Shown here in pieces: positions 1 to 8,720 of a DNA stretch of 64,000 nucleotides; within the stretch, counting starts at the first letter, position 1; each line of letters begins with the position of its first letter. The position numbers were made by a program, and so were the translations under genes. The DNA lies in the NCBI GenBank assembly GCA_963798285.1, contig CAWCSR010000003.1, positions 947,268 through 1,011,267 on the forward strand, written 5' to 3'. The notes beneath the pieces were generated by a model. It did not search any database. It saw nothing but the letters and a program-made list of their open reading frames with translations, and was not told where the DNA came from. The DNA is from an uncultured Thermoleophilia bacterium. Lineage in GTDB: Bacteria; Actinomycetota; Thermoleophilia; UBA2241.

Positions 1-1
1 C

Positions 2-121
2 GAGCCGCTCGCGCTCGTCACCGACGCGGATCTCGCGCACGAGCACCGCTTCGGGCTCGACGACGGCGCCGCCCTGGCCGCGTTCCTCGTCGAGCGCCTC
101 GGCATCGCGGCAAGCGCCTAG
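2..121 (+). CDS. MobB-like protein, C-terminal fragment (5' end lies outside the window)
   Basis: Frame 2 translates to EPLALVTDADLAHEHRFGLDDGAALAAFLVERLGIAASA*, which closely matches the C-terminus of MobB at 5288..5821 (…IALVTDADLEHDHRFGLEDGAGIAAFLAARL…). Confidence 0.5.
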   Translation, partial: EPLALVTDADLAHEHRFGLDDGAALAAFLVERLGIAASA

Positions 122-149
122 CCTGGCCTTCGGCGCCCGGCGCCGGCTC

Positions 150-437
150 CTATGCCTCGGTCTCCATGAGGGGCTCGAGGACCTCGAAGTGGGGCATGGA
201 GACGTTGCCCGTGGCCCACTTGATCGCCTCGTGCAGCTCCAGCCCCTCGGCGTGGTCGCGAGCCTGCTGCGTGGTGGCGAACTCGAGGACGACGCGGATG
301 TTGTTCGGGTCGTCGTCGACCTTGTACACGCGCGCGCTCTGCGAGCCCATACGGCGCCGGCGCTCCTGGTCGTCCAGGAACACTTCCTTGAACGTCTCGT
401 AGTCGCCAACGACGTGGTCGATGATCAACAGCGCCAT
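150..437 (-). CDS. small hypothetical protein (95 aa), possibly ABM/Dabb-like alpha+beta barrel
   Basis: Intact ORF. Its size and alternating hydrophobic pattern fit stress-responsive/ABM-like small proteins. No motif was recognised with confidence. Confidence 0.35.
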   Translation of the reverse strand: MALLIIDHVVGDYETFKEVFLDDQERRRRMGSQSARVYKVDDDPNNIRVVLEFATTQQARDHAEGLELHEAIKWATGNVSMPHFEVLEPLMETEA

Positions 438-567
438 TTTCTGCCTCTCTTTCGCGGGGGAGCGCTGTCACCATAGCGAACGTGGCCGGGCGTGAAAAGG
501 GACGCGGCCCGGGGCCGGCTCTCCACGCCGCCGGCCCCGGGCCGCTCCTCCACCCCGCTCCTGAAGG

Positions 568-2058
568 CTACTTCAGGAGCTGATACCAGGGCTTGACGAC
601 CTCTCCGGTGAGGTCGATGTACACGTGCTTGGTGTGCGTGTACTCGTCGAGCGCCATCGTCGAGAGGTCCTTGCCCCAGCCCGACTGCTTGCAGCCGCCC
701 CACGGCGTCTCGCAGAACACGATGAGGTGCTCGTTGATCCAGACCGTCCCCGCCTCGATCTGGCTCGACATGGCCATCGCGGCGCGGACGTCCCTCGTCC
801 AGATGGATGCGCTGAGCCCATACTTCGTGTCGTTCGCGTAGCCCACCGCTTCTTCCGCAGTGGAGAACCTGCAGAGGCCGATCACCGGACCGAAGATCTC
901 ATTCTGCATGATCGCCATGTCGTGACGGCAATCACCGAAGATGGTGGGCGCCACGTAGAGCCCGTCACGCAGCTCGGGCGTGTCCGGCCGCTCACCGCCG
1001 AGCAGCAGCGTGGCGCCCTCCTGCCTGGCGCCCTCGATGTACGATTCGACCTTGTCGCGATGGGCCGGGTAGACCACGGGCCCGATGACGGTCGCCATGT
1101 CCATCGGGTCACCCATGCGCAACTGGCTCGCGGCGGCGACGAACTTCTCGGCGAACTCCTCATACACGGAGTCATGGACGTAGAAGCGGCTGGCGGAGGC
1201 GCAGACCTGCCCGGAGTTGAAGAACGCGCCGAAGGCGGCGCCTTCGGCGGCGCCGTCGATGTCGGCGTCCGGCATGATGATGAACGCGTTGTTGCCGCCG
1301 AGCTCCAGCCCTATGGGCTTCACGGACTCGCTCGCGACGGCCATGATGCGTTTGCCGGTCTCGGTGTCGCCGGTGAACCCGATCTTGGCCACCCCGGGAT
1401 GACGGACAAGCGCTTCGCCGACCGTCTCCCCGGGACCCGTGAGCACGTTGACGGAACCGGGCGGCGCGCCGGCTTCGGTGGCCAGCTCGGCGAGCCGCAG
1501 CGTGGTGAGCGGCGCGACGGTGGGGGGCTTGATCACGCACGTGTTGCCCGTCACGAGCGCCGCGCCGAGCTTCCAGACGACCATCAGGGCCGGGAAGTTC
1601 CACGGCGTGATCAACCCGACCACGCCGAGAGGCTCGCGGACCGTGTAGGACGTGGCCCACGGGCCCACGGGAAGCGTCTCTCCCGTCTGGGCGCGAGCCA
1701 CACCGGCGAAGTACTCGAACTGCTCCGCGCAGAGCGGGACGTCGAAGTTCATGGTCTTGCGCAGCGGCGAGCCGTGCTCGCGAGTCTCCAGTTCGGCGAG
1801 CTCCTCCTGGTGCTCCATGATCAGCCGTGACAGCTTGAGGAGCACTTTGGAACGCTCGGAGACCGGCCTGCCGGCCCAGCCGGGCCCGGCCGCGGCAGCG
1901 GCCTGAACGGCCAGGTCCACCTCTGCCTGGCCGCAGAGCGAGACCTGGGCGATGACCTTTCCTGTCGCCGGATTGGTCACGGAGAACGTCTCTCCCGAGG
2001 AGCTGTCCGTCCACTCGCCGTTGATGAACGCCTTGTACGCCGTCGCCGTGGTCGCCAC
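568..2058 (-). CDS. NAD(P)-dependent aldehyde dehydrogenase
   Basis: 496 aa, intact. ALDH hallmarks are present: ELGGNNAFIIMPDADID (Glu active-site region), GQVCASASRFYVHDSVYEEF (catalytic Cys), ITPWNFP. Confidence 0.9.
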   Translation of the reverse strand: MATTATAYKAFINGEWTDSSSGETFSVTNPATGKVIAQVSLCGQAEVDLAVQAAAAAGPGWAGRPVSERSKVLLKLSRLIMEHQEELAELETREHGSPLRKTMNFDVPLCAEQFEYFAGVARAQTGETLPVGPWATSYTVREPLGVVGLITPWNFPALMVVWKLGAALVTGNTCVIKPPTVAPLTTLRLAELATEAGAPPGSVNVLTGPGETVGEALVRHPGVAKIGFTGDTETGKRIMAVASESVKPIGLELGGNNAFIIMPDADIDGAAEGAAFGAFFNSGQVCASASRFYVHDSVYEEFAEKFVAAASQLRMGDPMDMATVIGPVVYPAHRDKVESYIEGARQEGATLLLGGERPDTPELRDGLYVAPTIFGDCRHDMAIMQNEIFGPVIGLCRFSTAEEAVGYANDTKYGLSASIWTRDVRAAMAMSSQIEAGTVWINEHLIVFCETPWGGCKQSGWGKDLSTMALDEYTHTKHVYIDLTGEVVKPWYQLLK

Positions 2059-2430
2059 GATACGTGCCTCCTGCTGCCGTGTGGATCCCGAAGGTGGGTG
2101 GAGCCGCTCTCGAGAGAACCGGATGGGGTCGGTCGGTCGACGTGGAGTCTCGGCCCGGGTCCCCGCTTTGTCAACGAGCCCGGCCGCGGCCGGAGACGCC
2201 GACGGACGCAGGCACTGCCCCGGCCGGCGGGAAGGACGGCGCCCAGTGGCGCCGTCGCGACCGCCGGTGGTACTCTCGGAGCGTCCATCTCCAAGCCCTT
2301 CGCCCTACGGCGGCAGCTACGGGCGTCGGGCCGTACCACGGACAGACCGTGGGGCGGCGATGTGTGGTCGCCGCCGTGGGCCCGGGCGGAAACGCCCGGA
2401 CCTCCCCGTGCTTGGAAAGGAGCCAGGGAC

Positions 2431-3222
2431 ATGCCTGCAGTGACGCGCGCCGCCGTCCCGGTGCGATGCCTCCTCTGCCTCGTCGTGCTGCTCGTGGTGC
2501 TCGCCCTCGCGGTCACCGCCTGCGGCTCCGGCACGGGCAAGGCCGCCGACCAGCCGCACCAGCTCAGCGTGTTCGCGGCCGCTTCGCTCACGGACGCCTT
2601 CACGACTCTGGGCGCGGACTTCAGCGCCGCCCATCCGGGCGTGAAGGTCGTCTTCAACTTCGCCGGCAGCAACGACCTGGTGACGCAGTTGCAGCAAGGA
2701 GCGCCGGCCGACGTGCTCGCCACCGCCGACACGGCGAGCATGGACGGCGCCGGCAGCCTGGCCGGCGCGCCGCAGGCGTTCGCCGGCAACAAGCTCATCA
2801 TCGCCGTGGAGCCCGGCAACCCCCGGCACATCACCGGCCTCGCCGATCTCGCGCGCAACGACCTCAAGGTCGTGCTGGCGGCGCCGGAGGTGCCGGCCGG
2901 CAAGTACGCCCAGGAGGCCCTCGGCAAGGTCGGCGTCTCCGTGACGCCCGTCTCCCTCGAGGTTTCCGTGAAGGGCGTGGTCACCAAGGTGTCCCTGGGT
3001 GAGGCAGACGCCGGCATCGTCTACGTCAGCGACGTCGACGCGGCCAAGGACAAGGTCGACGGCGTCGCGATCCCCGATGGCCTGAACGTGATCGCCAGCT
3101 ACCCGATCGCCACGCTCAACGACAGCACGTACCCCGGCGACGCCAAGGCTTTCATGGACTACGTACTGTCGGACGAAGGCCAGAAGGTGCTTGCCGACAA
3201 CGGGTTCCTGCCGGCGCCGTGA
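2431..3222 (+). CDS. modA: molybdate ABC transporter substrate-binding protein ModA
   Basis: ATG at 2431 follows GGAAAGGAG. Signal/lipoprotein-like N-terminus (…LALAVTACGSG). ModA-like motifs: SASLTDAF, FNFAGSNDLVTQL, KVVLAAPEVPAGKYAQEAL. Confidence 0.85.
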   Translation: MPAVTRAAVPVRCLLCLVVLLVVLALAVTACGSGTGKAADQPHQLSVFAAASLTDAFTTLGADFSAAHPGVKVVFNFAGSNDLVTQLQQGAPADVLATADTASMDGAGSLAGAPQAFAGNKLIIAVEPGNPRHITGLADLARNDLKVVLAAPEVPAGKYAQEALGKVGVSVTPVSLEVSVKGVVTKVSLGEADAGIVYVSDVDAAKDKVDGVAIPDGLNVIASYPIATLNDSTYPGDAKAFMDYVLSDEGQKVLADNGFLPAP

Positions 3223-4148
3223 CCAGGCATCCGCGCGACAGGAAGCCCACCGGCAACCTGGCGGTGGTGGCCGGAGACGCGATCGCTCCGCCCAAGCGGC
3301 CTGAACCGGCTCCGTGGGCGGCGCCCGCCGCGGACACCGGGCGCGCCGCACGCGCCGCGCGCGCCGGCGACGACCGCGCGCCGCTCGGCTTCGTGCCGCT
3401 CGCCGTCGTCGCGGTCGTCTTCCTCACGCTCCCGCTGGTCGCCCTCGTCGTGCGCGCCCCGTGGCGCAGCCTGCCCGGTGACCTCACGGCCCCCGGCGTG
3501 CTCACGGCGCTGCGCCTCTCTCTCGTCTGCTCGCTCGGCGCCCTGTGCCTGTCGCTGCTCTTCGGCGTGCCGCTGGCGTGGCTGCTCGCGCGGGTCCGCT
3601 TTCGCGGCCGCAACCTCGTCCGCGCCCTGGTTCTGCTGCCCATGGTCCTGCCGCCGGTCGTCGGCGGCGTCGCCCTGCTGCTCGCGTTCGGCCGCAACGG
3701 CCTCGCCGGGCAGTGGCTGGACCGCCTCTTCGGCGTGACGCTGCCGTTCTCGACCGCCGGGGCGATGGTGGCCGAGACGTTCGTCGCCATGCCGTTTCTC
3801 GTCATCACCGTGGAGGCCGGCATCCGCGCCATGGACCGGCGCTACGAAGACGCAGCCGCGACGCTGGGCGCCGGCCGCTGGCGGACCTTCCGTCTGGTCA
3901 CGCTCCCGCTGATCGCACCGGCGCTCCTCGCGGGGGGCGCGCTCTGCTGGGCGCGCGCCCTCGGCGAGTTCGGGGCCACCATCACCTTCGCCGGCAACCT
4001 GCCGGGGACGACCCAGACCATGCCGCTCGCCGTCTACCTGGCGCTGCAGGACAACGTGGACGCCGCGATCACGCTCAGCCTCATCATGCTGGCGATCTCC
4101 CTGGCGGTGCTCGTCGGCCTGCGCAGCCACTGGTTCCCATCCCGATGA
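3219..4148 (+). CDS. modB: molybdate ABC transporter permease ModB
   Basis: Multi-TM permease with the ABC-permease EAA-like loop (…ITVEAGIRAMDRRYEDAAATLGAGRW…). It overlaps the modA stop (ATGA). The true start may be internal, since the ORF has about a 50-aa N-terminal extension. Confidence 0.8.
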   Translation: MTRHPRDRKPTGNLAVVAGDAIAPPKRPEPAPWAAPAADTGRAARAARAGDDRAPLGFVPLAVVAVVFLTLPLVALVVRAPWRSLPGDLTAPGVLTALRLSLVCSLGALCLSLLFGVPLAWLLARVRFRGRNLVRALVLLPMVLPPVVGGVALLLAFGRNGLAGQWLDRLFGVTLPFSTAGAMVAETFVAMPFLVITVEAGIRAMDRRYEDAAATLGAGRWRTFRLVTLPLIAPALLAGGALCWARALGEFGATITFAGNLPGTTQTMPLAVYLALQDNVDAAITLSLIMLAISLAVLVGLRSHWFPSR

Positions 4149-4185
4149 CCTGCCGCCGCGCGCCAGACGGCACCGAGGGCCGGGC

Positions 4186-5244
4186 ATGAGCCTCGAAGCA
4201 GTCGTGGGCCTGAGCAGGGGCACGCTGGATCTCGACGTCGAGCTCAGCGTGGGGAACAGCGGGGTCGTCGTGCTCCTGGGGCCCAACGCCGCCGGCAAGA
4301 CGACGCTGCTGCGCGCACTGGCCGGGCTCGTGCCGCTGGAGCGCGGCAGGGTGTCGCTGGACGGCGTCGTCCTCGAGGACACGGCGGCGGGCGTGCGCGT
4401 GCCCACCGAGCGGCGACCGGTCGGGGTCGTCTTCCAGGACTACCTGCTGTTCCCGCACATGACGGCACTCGAGAACGTCGCCTTCGGCCTGCGTTCCCGG
4501 GGCGCCGGGCGCGCCGCCGCGCGGGAGAGCGCGCTGACCGTGCTCGCCCGCATGGGCCTGGCGGACCTGGCCGCGGCGAAGCCCAAGGCGCTGTCCGGCG
4601 GCCAGGCCCAGCGCGTCGCCCTCGCGCGCGCGCTCGCGACCGAGCCGCGGCTGCTGCTGCTGGACGAGCCGCTCTCCGCCATGGACGCTGGGGCTCGGGC
4701 CGAACTGCGGCGCGGCCTCTCCCGGCACCTTGCCGCCTACGACGGCACCTGCCTGGTGATCACGCACGACCCCATCGAGGCCATGACGCTCGGCGACCAG
4801 CTTGTCGTCCTGGAGGCGGGCCGCGTCGTGCAGGCCGGCAGCCCCGCGGAGCTCTCGGCGCACCCGCGCTCGCGTTACGTCGCGGACCTGCTCGGCCTCA
4901 ACCTCTACCGCGGCCGCATCGACCAGGGCTCGGTCCGCTTGGCCGGCGGCCACCGCCTGATCGCCGCCGATCCCCTGCCCGACGCCGCGGACGTGTTCGC
5001 CGTCATCCCGCCGCGCGCCGTCGCCCTGCACCGCGTGCTGCCCGAAGGCTCGCCGAGGAACGTCTGGAAGGGCGTCGTCGATGATCTCGACATCGTCGGT
5101 AACCACGTGCGCGCGCACGTGAGCGGCGAACTGCCGATCATCGCGGAGGTGACCCCCGGCGCCGTCGCCTCCATGAACCTGGACGACGGCGGTCCGGTGT
5201 ACGTGGCCATCAAGGCTGTGGAGATCGAGGTCTACGAGGCGTGA
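4186..5244 (+). CDS. modC: molybdate ABC transporter ATP-binding protein ModC with C-terminal TOBE/Mop domain
   Basis: Walker A GPNAAGKTT, signature LSGGQAQRVALARAL, Walker B LLLDEP, and a C-terminal about 130-aa TOBE-like domain. Confidence 0.85.
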   Translation: MSLEAVVGLSRGTLDLDVELSVGNSGVVVLLGPNAAGKTTLLRALAGLVPLERGRVSLDGVVLEDTAAGVRVPTERRPVGVVFQDYLLFPHMTALENVAFGLRSRGAGRAAARESALTVLARMGLADLAAAKPKALSGGQAQRVALARALATEPRLLLLDEPLSAMDAGARAELRRGLSRHLAAYDGTCLVITHDPIEAMTLGDQLVVLEAGRVVQAGSPAELSAHPRSRYVADLLGLNLYRGRIDQGSVRLAGGHRLIAADPLPDAADVFAVIPPRAVALHRVLPEGSPRNVWKGVVDDLDIVGNHVRAHVSGELPIIAEVTPGAVASMNLDDGGPVYVAIKAVEIEVYEA

Positions 5245-5287
5245 GTGCGGGTTTCCTCGGGGTGACTTCTTCGCTACGCTCCACGCC

Positions 5288-5821
5288 ATGAGCGATCACG
5301 GGCACACGGCCGCGGCGGGCAAGCCCGCCCTCGTCGCCATCGTCGGCAAGAGCGACTCCGGCAAGACGACCCTCATCGAGAAGGTCGTGCCCGAACTGGT
5401 CAAGCTCGGACTGCGCGTCGGGACGGTCAAGCACGACGCGCACTCCTTCGAGATCGACCACCCCGGCAAGGATTCGTGGCGGCACGGCCAAGCCGGCGCG
5501 GAGGCCTACGTCATCGCCTCGCCGTCGCGCCTCGCGTTCATCACGAAGCTCGACGGCGAGCTCGAGCTCGCCGAGATCGTCCGCCGCTACTACGACGGCT
5601 TCGACATCGTGGTCGCCGAGGGCTACAAGCGCACCGCCCCGCACCGCGTCGAGCTCTTCCGTGTCGGCGCGGGTCACACCGAGCCGCTGTGCGCGCCCGG
5701 CGAGGCCATCGCTCTCGTCACCGACGCGGACCTGGAGCACGACCACCGCTTCGGCCTCGAGGACGGCGCCGGCATCGCCGCGTTCCTCGCCGCCCGCCTC
5801 GACGCCCTGCGAGAGTATTGA
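5288..5821 (+). CDS. mobB: molybdopterin-guanine dinucleotide biosynthesis adapter protein MobB
   Basis: P-loop VAIVGKSDSGKTTLIEKV and MobB-like GTVKHDAHSFEIDHPGKDSWRH. Intact. Confidence 0.85.
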   Translation: MSDHGHTAAAGKPALVAIVGKSDSGKTTLIEKVVPELVKLGLRVGTVKHDAHSFEIDHPGKDSWRHGQAGAEAYVIASPSRLAFITKLDGELELAEIVRRYYDGFDIVVAEGYKRTAPHRVELFRVGAGHTEPLCAPGEAIALVTDADLEHDHRFGLEDGAGIAAFLAARLDALREY

Positions 5822-5988
5822 CCTACGAAGCGGGGTCAACGAGGGGTGCGCCGCAGGTGCACCGCTCACTGACCTGCGGAGCAAGGCCCGCGGGCGTGCG
5901 CCGGGAACGTTCGTCTCACGGCCGTGACAGGCTCGGCGAGCGCCGCCCGGCCGGGCCGTCGCACCCGCTCCTGAACGGTGTCCTCCGC

Positions 5989-6047
5989 TTGACTTTCCCC
6001 CTGCTCGGATAGACGATGCCCGTGATGCGGTCCACCTAATCCGCATC
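5989..6047 (+). promoter_or_regulatory. candidate promoter (TTGACT, weak -10) plus inverted-repeat operator GATGCGG-N10-CCGCATC upstream of the molybdoenzyme operon
   Basis: TTGACT at 5989..5994. Possible -10 GACGAT/TAGACG. Perfect 7-bp inverted repeat at 6024..6030 and 6041..6047, about 75 nt upstream of the ATG at 6123. Confidence 0.3.
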
Positions 6048-6122
6048 GTGGAACAGCTTCGGAGCCTCGTGCGTCGGCCATCGCGCGCGGCCCCATTTCA
6101 GCGACCATGGGGAGGTGTGGGG

Positions 6123-8720
6123 ATGGCGGAGGACATGAGCAAGACTGGTGCCTCCGGCGAAACGACGCTGATCAGAGACATCAGTTTCTGCGGCGTCCCG
6201 GAGAACGGCTCCAATGCATCGATGGTGGACGTGAAGGACGGCAAGATCGTCCGCATCCGCCCGATGCACTACGACTGGAAGTACAAGAAAGCGGATCTCA
6301 ACCCCTGGAAGTTCGAGGTGCGCGGCAGCACGTTCGAGCCCAGCATGAAGACCCTGATCCCGCCGTACAGCATCGCGTACAAGAAGCGCGTCTACTCGCC
6401 CGCACGTATCCGCTACCCGATGATGCGCGTCGACTTCGATCCCAACGGCGAGCGCAACCCGCAGAACCGCGGCGTGAGCAAGTACAAGCGCATCTCCTGG
6501 GACGAGGCTCTGGACGTCATCACCAGCGAGATGAACCGCATCAAGGAGAAGTACGGTCCGACCGCCCTGCTCTACCAGTGCGACCAGCACGGCGAGAACA
6601 AGGTCGTGCAGGCCTGCCACGGCGCCGGCCGCAAGCTGCTGCGCGAGTGGGGCGGCTTCACCCTCCAGATCCGCCAGCCGGACAGCTGGGAAGGCTGGTG
6701 GTGGGGCAACAAGCACTTCTGGGGCTGCGAGCCTGTCGGCCAGGGCCAGCAGAGCAACCTCCTCTGGGACATCTCCAAGAACGCCGAACTGCTGCTGTTC
6801 TGGGGCTGCGACCAGGAGACCACCCCGTGGGGCTGGCAGGGTCAGCTCCCGAGCCGCCTGAGCTACTGGTGGAGTGAGATCGGCATCAAGCAGATCTACG
6901 TCTGCCCCGACCTCAACTACGCCGCCGCCGTGCACGCCGACCGCTGGATCCCGGTGCTCCCCAACACGGACGCCGCGCTCTACATCGCGATCACGCACCG
7001 CTGGTTCAGCAAGGGCACCTACGACAAGGAGTACCTCGCCACCCACGCCGTGGGCGTCGACAAGTACGAGGCCTACGTCATGGGCGAAGAGGACGGCGTC
7101 GAGAAGTCGCCGGAGTGGGCCGAGCCCATCTGCGGCGTCCCCGCGCGCGTCATCAAGGCCCTCGCCGACGAGTGGGCCAGCAAGCGCACGACGGTCGTGA
7201 TCGGCAACGGCGGCCCCGGCATCCGCGGCCCTTACGCCACCGAGCCGGCCCGCCTGCAGGGCATCTGCCTCGCCATGCAGGGCCTCGGCAAGCCGGGCCA
7301 GAACCAGGCCAAGATGATCGAGTGGGGCCTGTTCGACAAGCCGGACCAGTACGCCCAGCCCAAGCCGCTGCGCGTGCCGTACCTGCGCAAGGCTTACACC
7401 GGCGGCCACCCGGACGAGAGCAACCACCCGTCGTTCATCCCCAAGACCTACATCCCCAAGGCGATCCTCGAGGGTGAGTGCGACTGGTGGGGCTGCGAGT
7501 CCGAGACCGCCGACCGCGTGAACCAGTTCGAGCACTACAAGTACCCGGCCGAAGGCTGCTCCAAGATCCACATGGTCTGGACCGACTCGCCGAGCTGGAT
7601 CACCTGCTGGAACTCGGGCAACGACTACGTCAAGGCCATGCGCCACCCGGACATCGAGTTCATGTTCGCGCAGCACCCGTGGCTCGAGAACGACTGCCTG
7701 ATGGCCGACATCATCCTCCCCGTCAACACCAAGCTCGAAGAGGACGACATCGCCGGCGACATCTTCAGCGGCCAGACCAACCTGCTCTTCCCCGAGCACA
7801 AGTGCATCGAGCCGCTCGGCGAGAGCTTCAGCGACTACGAGATCGTCGTCATGCTCTCCGAGCGCCTCGGCCTCAAGGAGGAGTACACCGGCGGCAAGAC
7901 CATCCCCGAGCTCATCAAGTACGGCTGGGAGACCTCGCGCTGCGAGGACCTCATCAGCTGGGAGGAGCTCAACGAGAAGGGCTACTACGCGGTCCCGACG
8001 GACGAAGGCTGGGAAGATATCCCCGCCGGCTTCTACAACTTCTACAAGGACCCGGAGAAGTACCCGCTCACCACGCCGACCGGCAAGCTCGAGTTCGAGG
8101 CGTCCGGCCTCGTCGAGAACTTCCCGGACGACCGCGAGCGGCCGCCGGTGCCCAAGTGGATCGCGCAGGGCGTCACGCACGAGGAGACCGTGGGCACGGA
8201 GCGCTCCAAGAAGTATCCGCTGCTCGTGTGCTCCAACCACCCGCGCTGGAGCGTCCACAGCCAGCACGACGACATCACCTGGCTCCGCGAGATCAAGACC
8301 TGCAAGGTCACCGGTCCCGACGGCTACCAGTACCATCCGATCTGGCTCCACCCGACCGAGGCCGAGAAGCGCGGCATCAAGGACGGCGATGTGGTCAGCA
8401 TCTTCAACGACCGCGGCGTCGTGCTCGCCGGCGCGTACATCACCGAGCGCATCATGCCCGGCGTGATCTACATCGACCACGGCGCCAAGTGGGACCCGAT
8501 CGTCCCCGGCGAGATCGACCGTGGCGGCGCCATCAACACCATCGTGCCGCGTGGCACCACCTCCAAGAACGCCGTCGGCCACGCCGTGAGCGGCTTCCTC
8601 GCCGACTGCGAGAAGACCGACATGGAAGAGCTGAAGGCCAAGTATCCGGAGGCGTTCGAGAAGCCGTTCCACCCCTGTGCTGGTCCCGGCTTGGAAGCCT
8701 GCATCTGGGGGAGGGCGTGA
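6123..8720 (+). CDS. molybdopterin oxidoreductase catalytic subunit, pyrogallol hydroxytransferase (AthL)-like, DMSO-reductase superfamily
   Basis: About 865 aa, intact. ATG at 6123 follows GGGGAGG. Large bis-MGD-type protein with no N-terminal Cys cluster and no twin-arginine motif, as in the Pelobacter transhydroxylase alpha subunit. An Fe-S beta subunit follows immediately. Confidence 0.75.
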   Translation: MAEDMSKTGASGETTLIRDISFCGVPENGSNASMVDVKDGKIVRIRPMHYDWKYKKADLNPWKFEVRGSTFEPSMKTLIPPYSIAYKKRVYSPARIRYPMMRVDFDPNGERNPQNRGVSKYKRISWDEALDVITSEMNRIKEKYGPTALLYQCDQHGENKVVQACHGAGRKLLREWGGFTLQIRQPDSWEGWWWGNKHFWGCEPVGQGQQSNLLWDISKNAELLLFWGCDQETTPWGWQGQLPSRLSYWWSEIGIKQIYVCPDLNYAAAVHADRWIPVLPNTDAALYIAITHRWFSKGTYDKEYLATHAVGVDKYEAYVMGEEDGVEKSPEWAEPICGVPARVIKALADEWASKRTTVVIGNGGPGIRGPYATEPARLQGICLAMQGLGKPGQNQAKMIEWGLFDKPDQYAQPKPLRVPYLRKAYTGGHPDESNHPSFIPKTYIPKAILEGECDWWGCESETADRVNQFEHYKYPAEGCSKIHMVWTDSPSWITCWNSGNDYVKAMRHPDIEFMFAQHPWLENDCLMADIILPVNTKLEEDDIAGDIFSGQTNLLFPEHKCIEPLGESFSDYEIVVMLSERLGLKEEYTGGKTIPELIKYGWETSRCEDLISWEELNEKGYYAVPTDEGWEDIPAGFYNFYKDPEKYPLTTPTGKLEFEASGLVENFPDDRERPPVPKWIAQGVTHEETVGTERSKKYPLLVCSNHPRWSVHSQHDDITWLREIKTCKVTGPDGYQYHPIWLHPTEAEKRGIKDGDVVSIFNDRGVVLAGAYITERIMPGVIYIDHGAKWDPIVPGEIDRGGAINTIVPRGTTSKNAVGHAVSGFLADCEKTDMEELKAKYPEAFEKPFHPCAGPGLEACIWGRA

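Noticed and set aside
3159-4406. A 415-aa Arg/Gly-rich ORF, antisense to modB/modC.
   Set aside because: Same GC-driven artefact. It overlaps confidently assigned ABC transporter genes.
6036-8672. An 878-aa ORF on the minus strand, antisense to the molybdoenzyme alpha subunit.
   Set aside because: Gly/Ala/Arg/Val-rich low-complexity translation typical of stop-codon-poor antisense frames in high-GC DNA. The sense-strand protein has clear homology.
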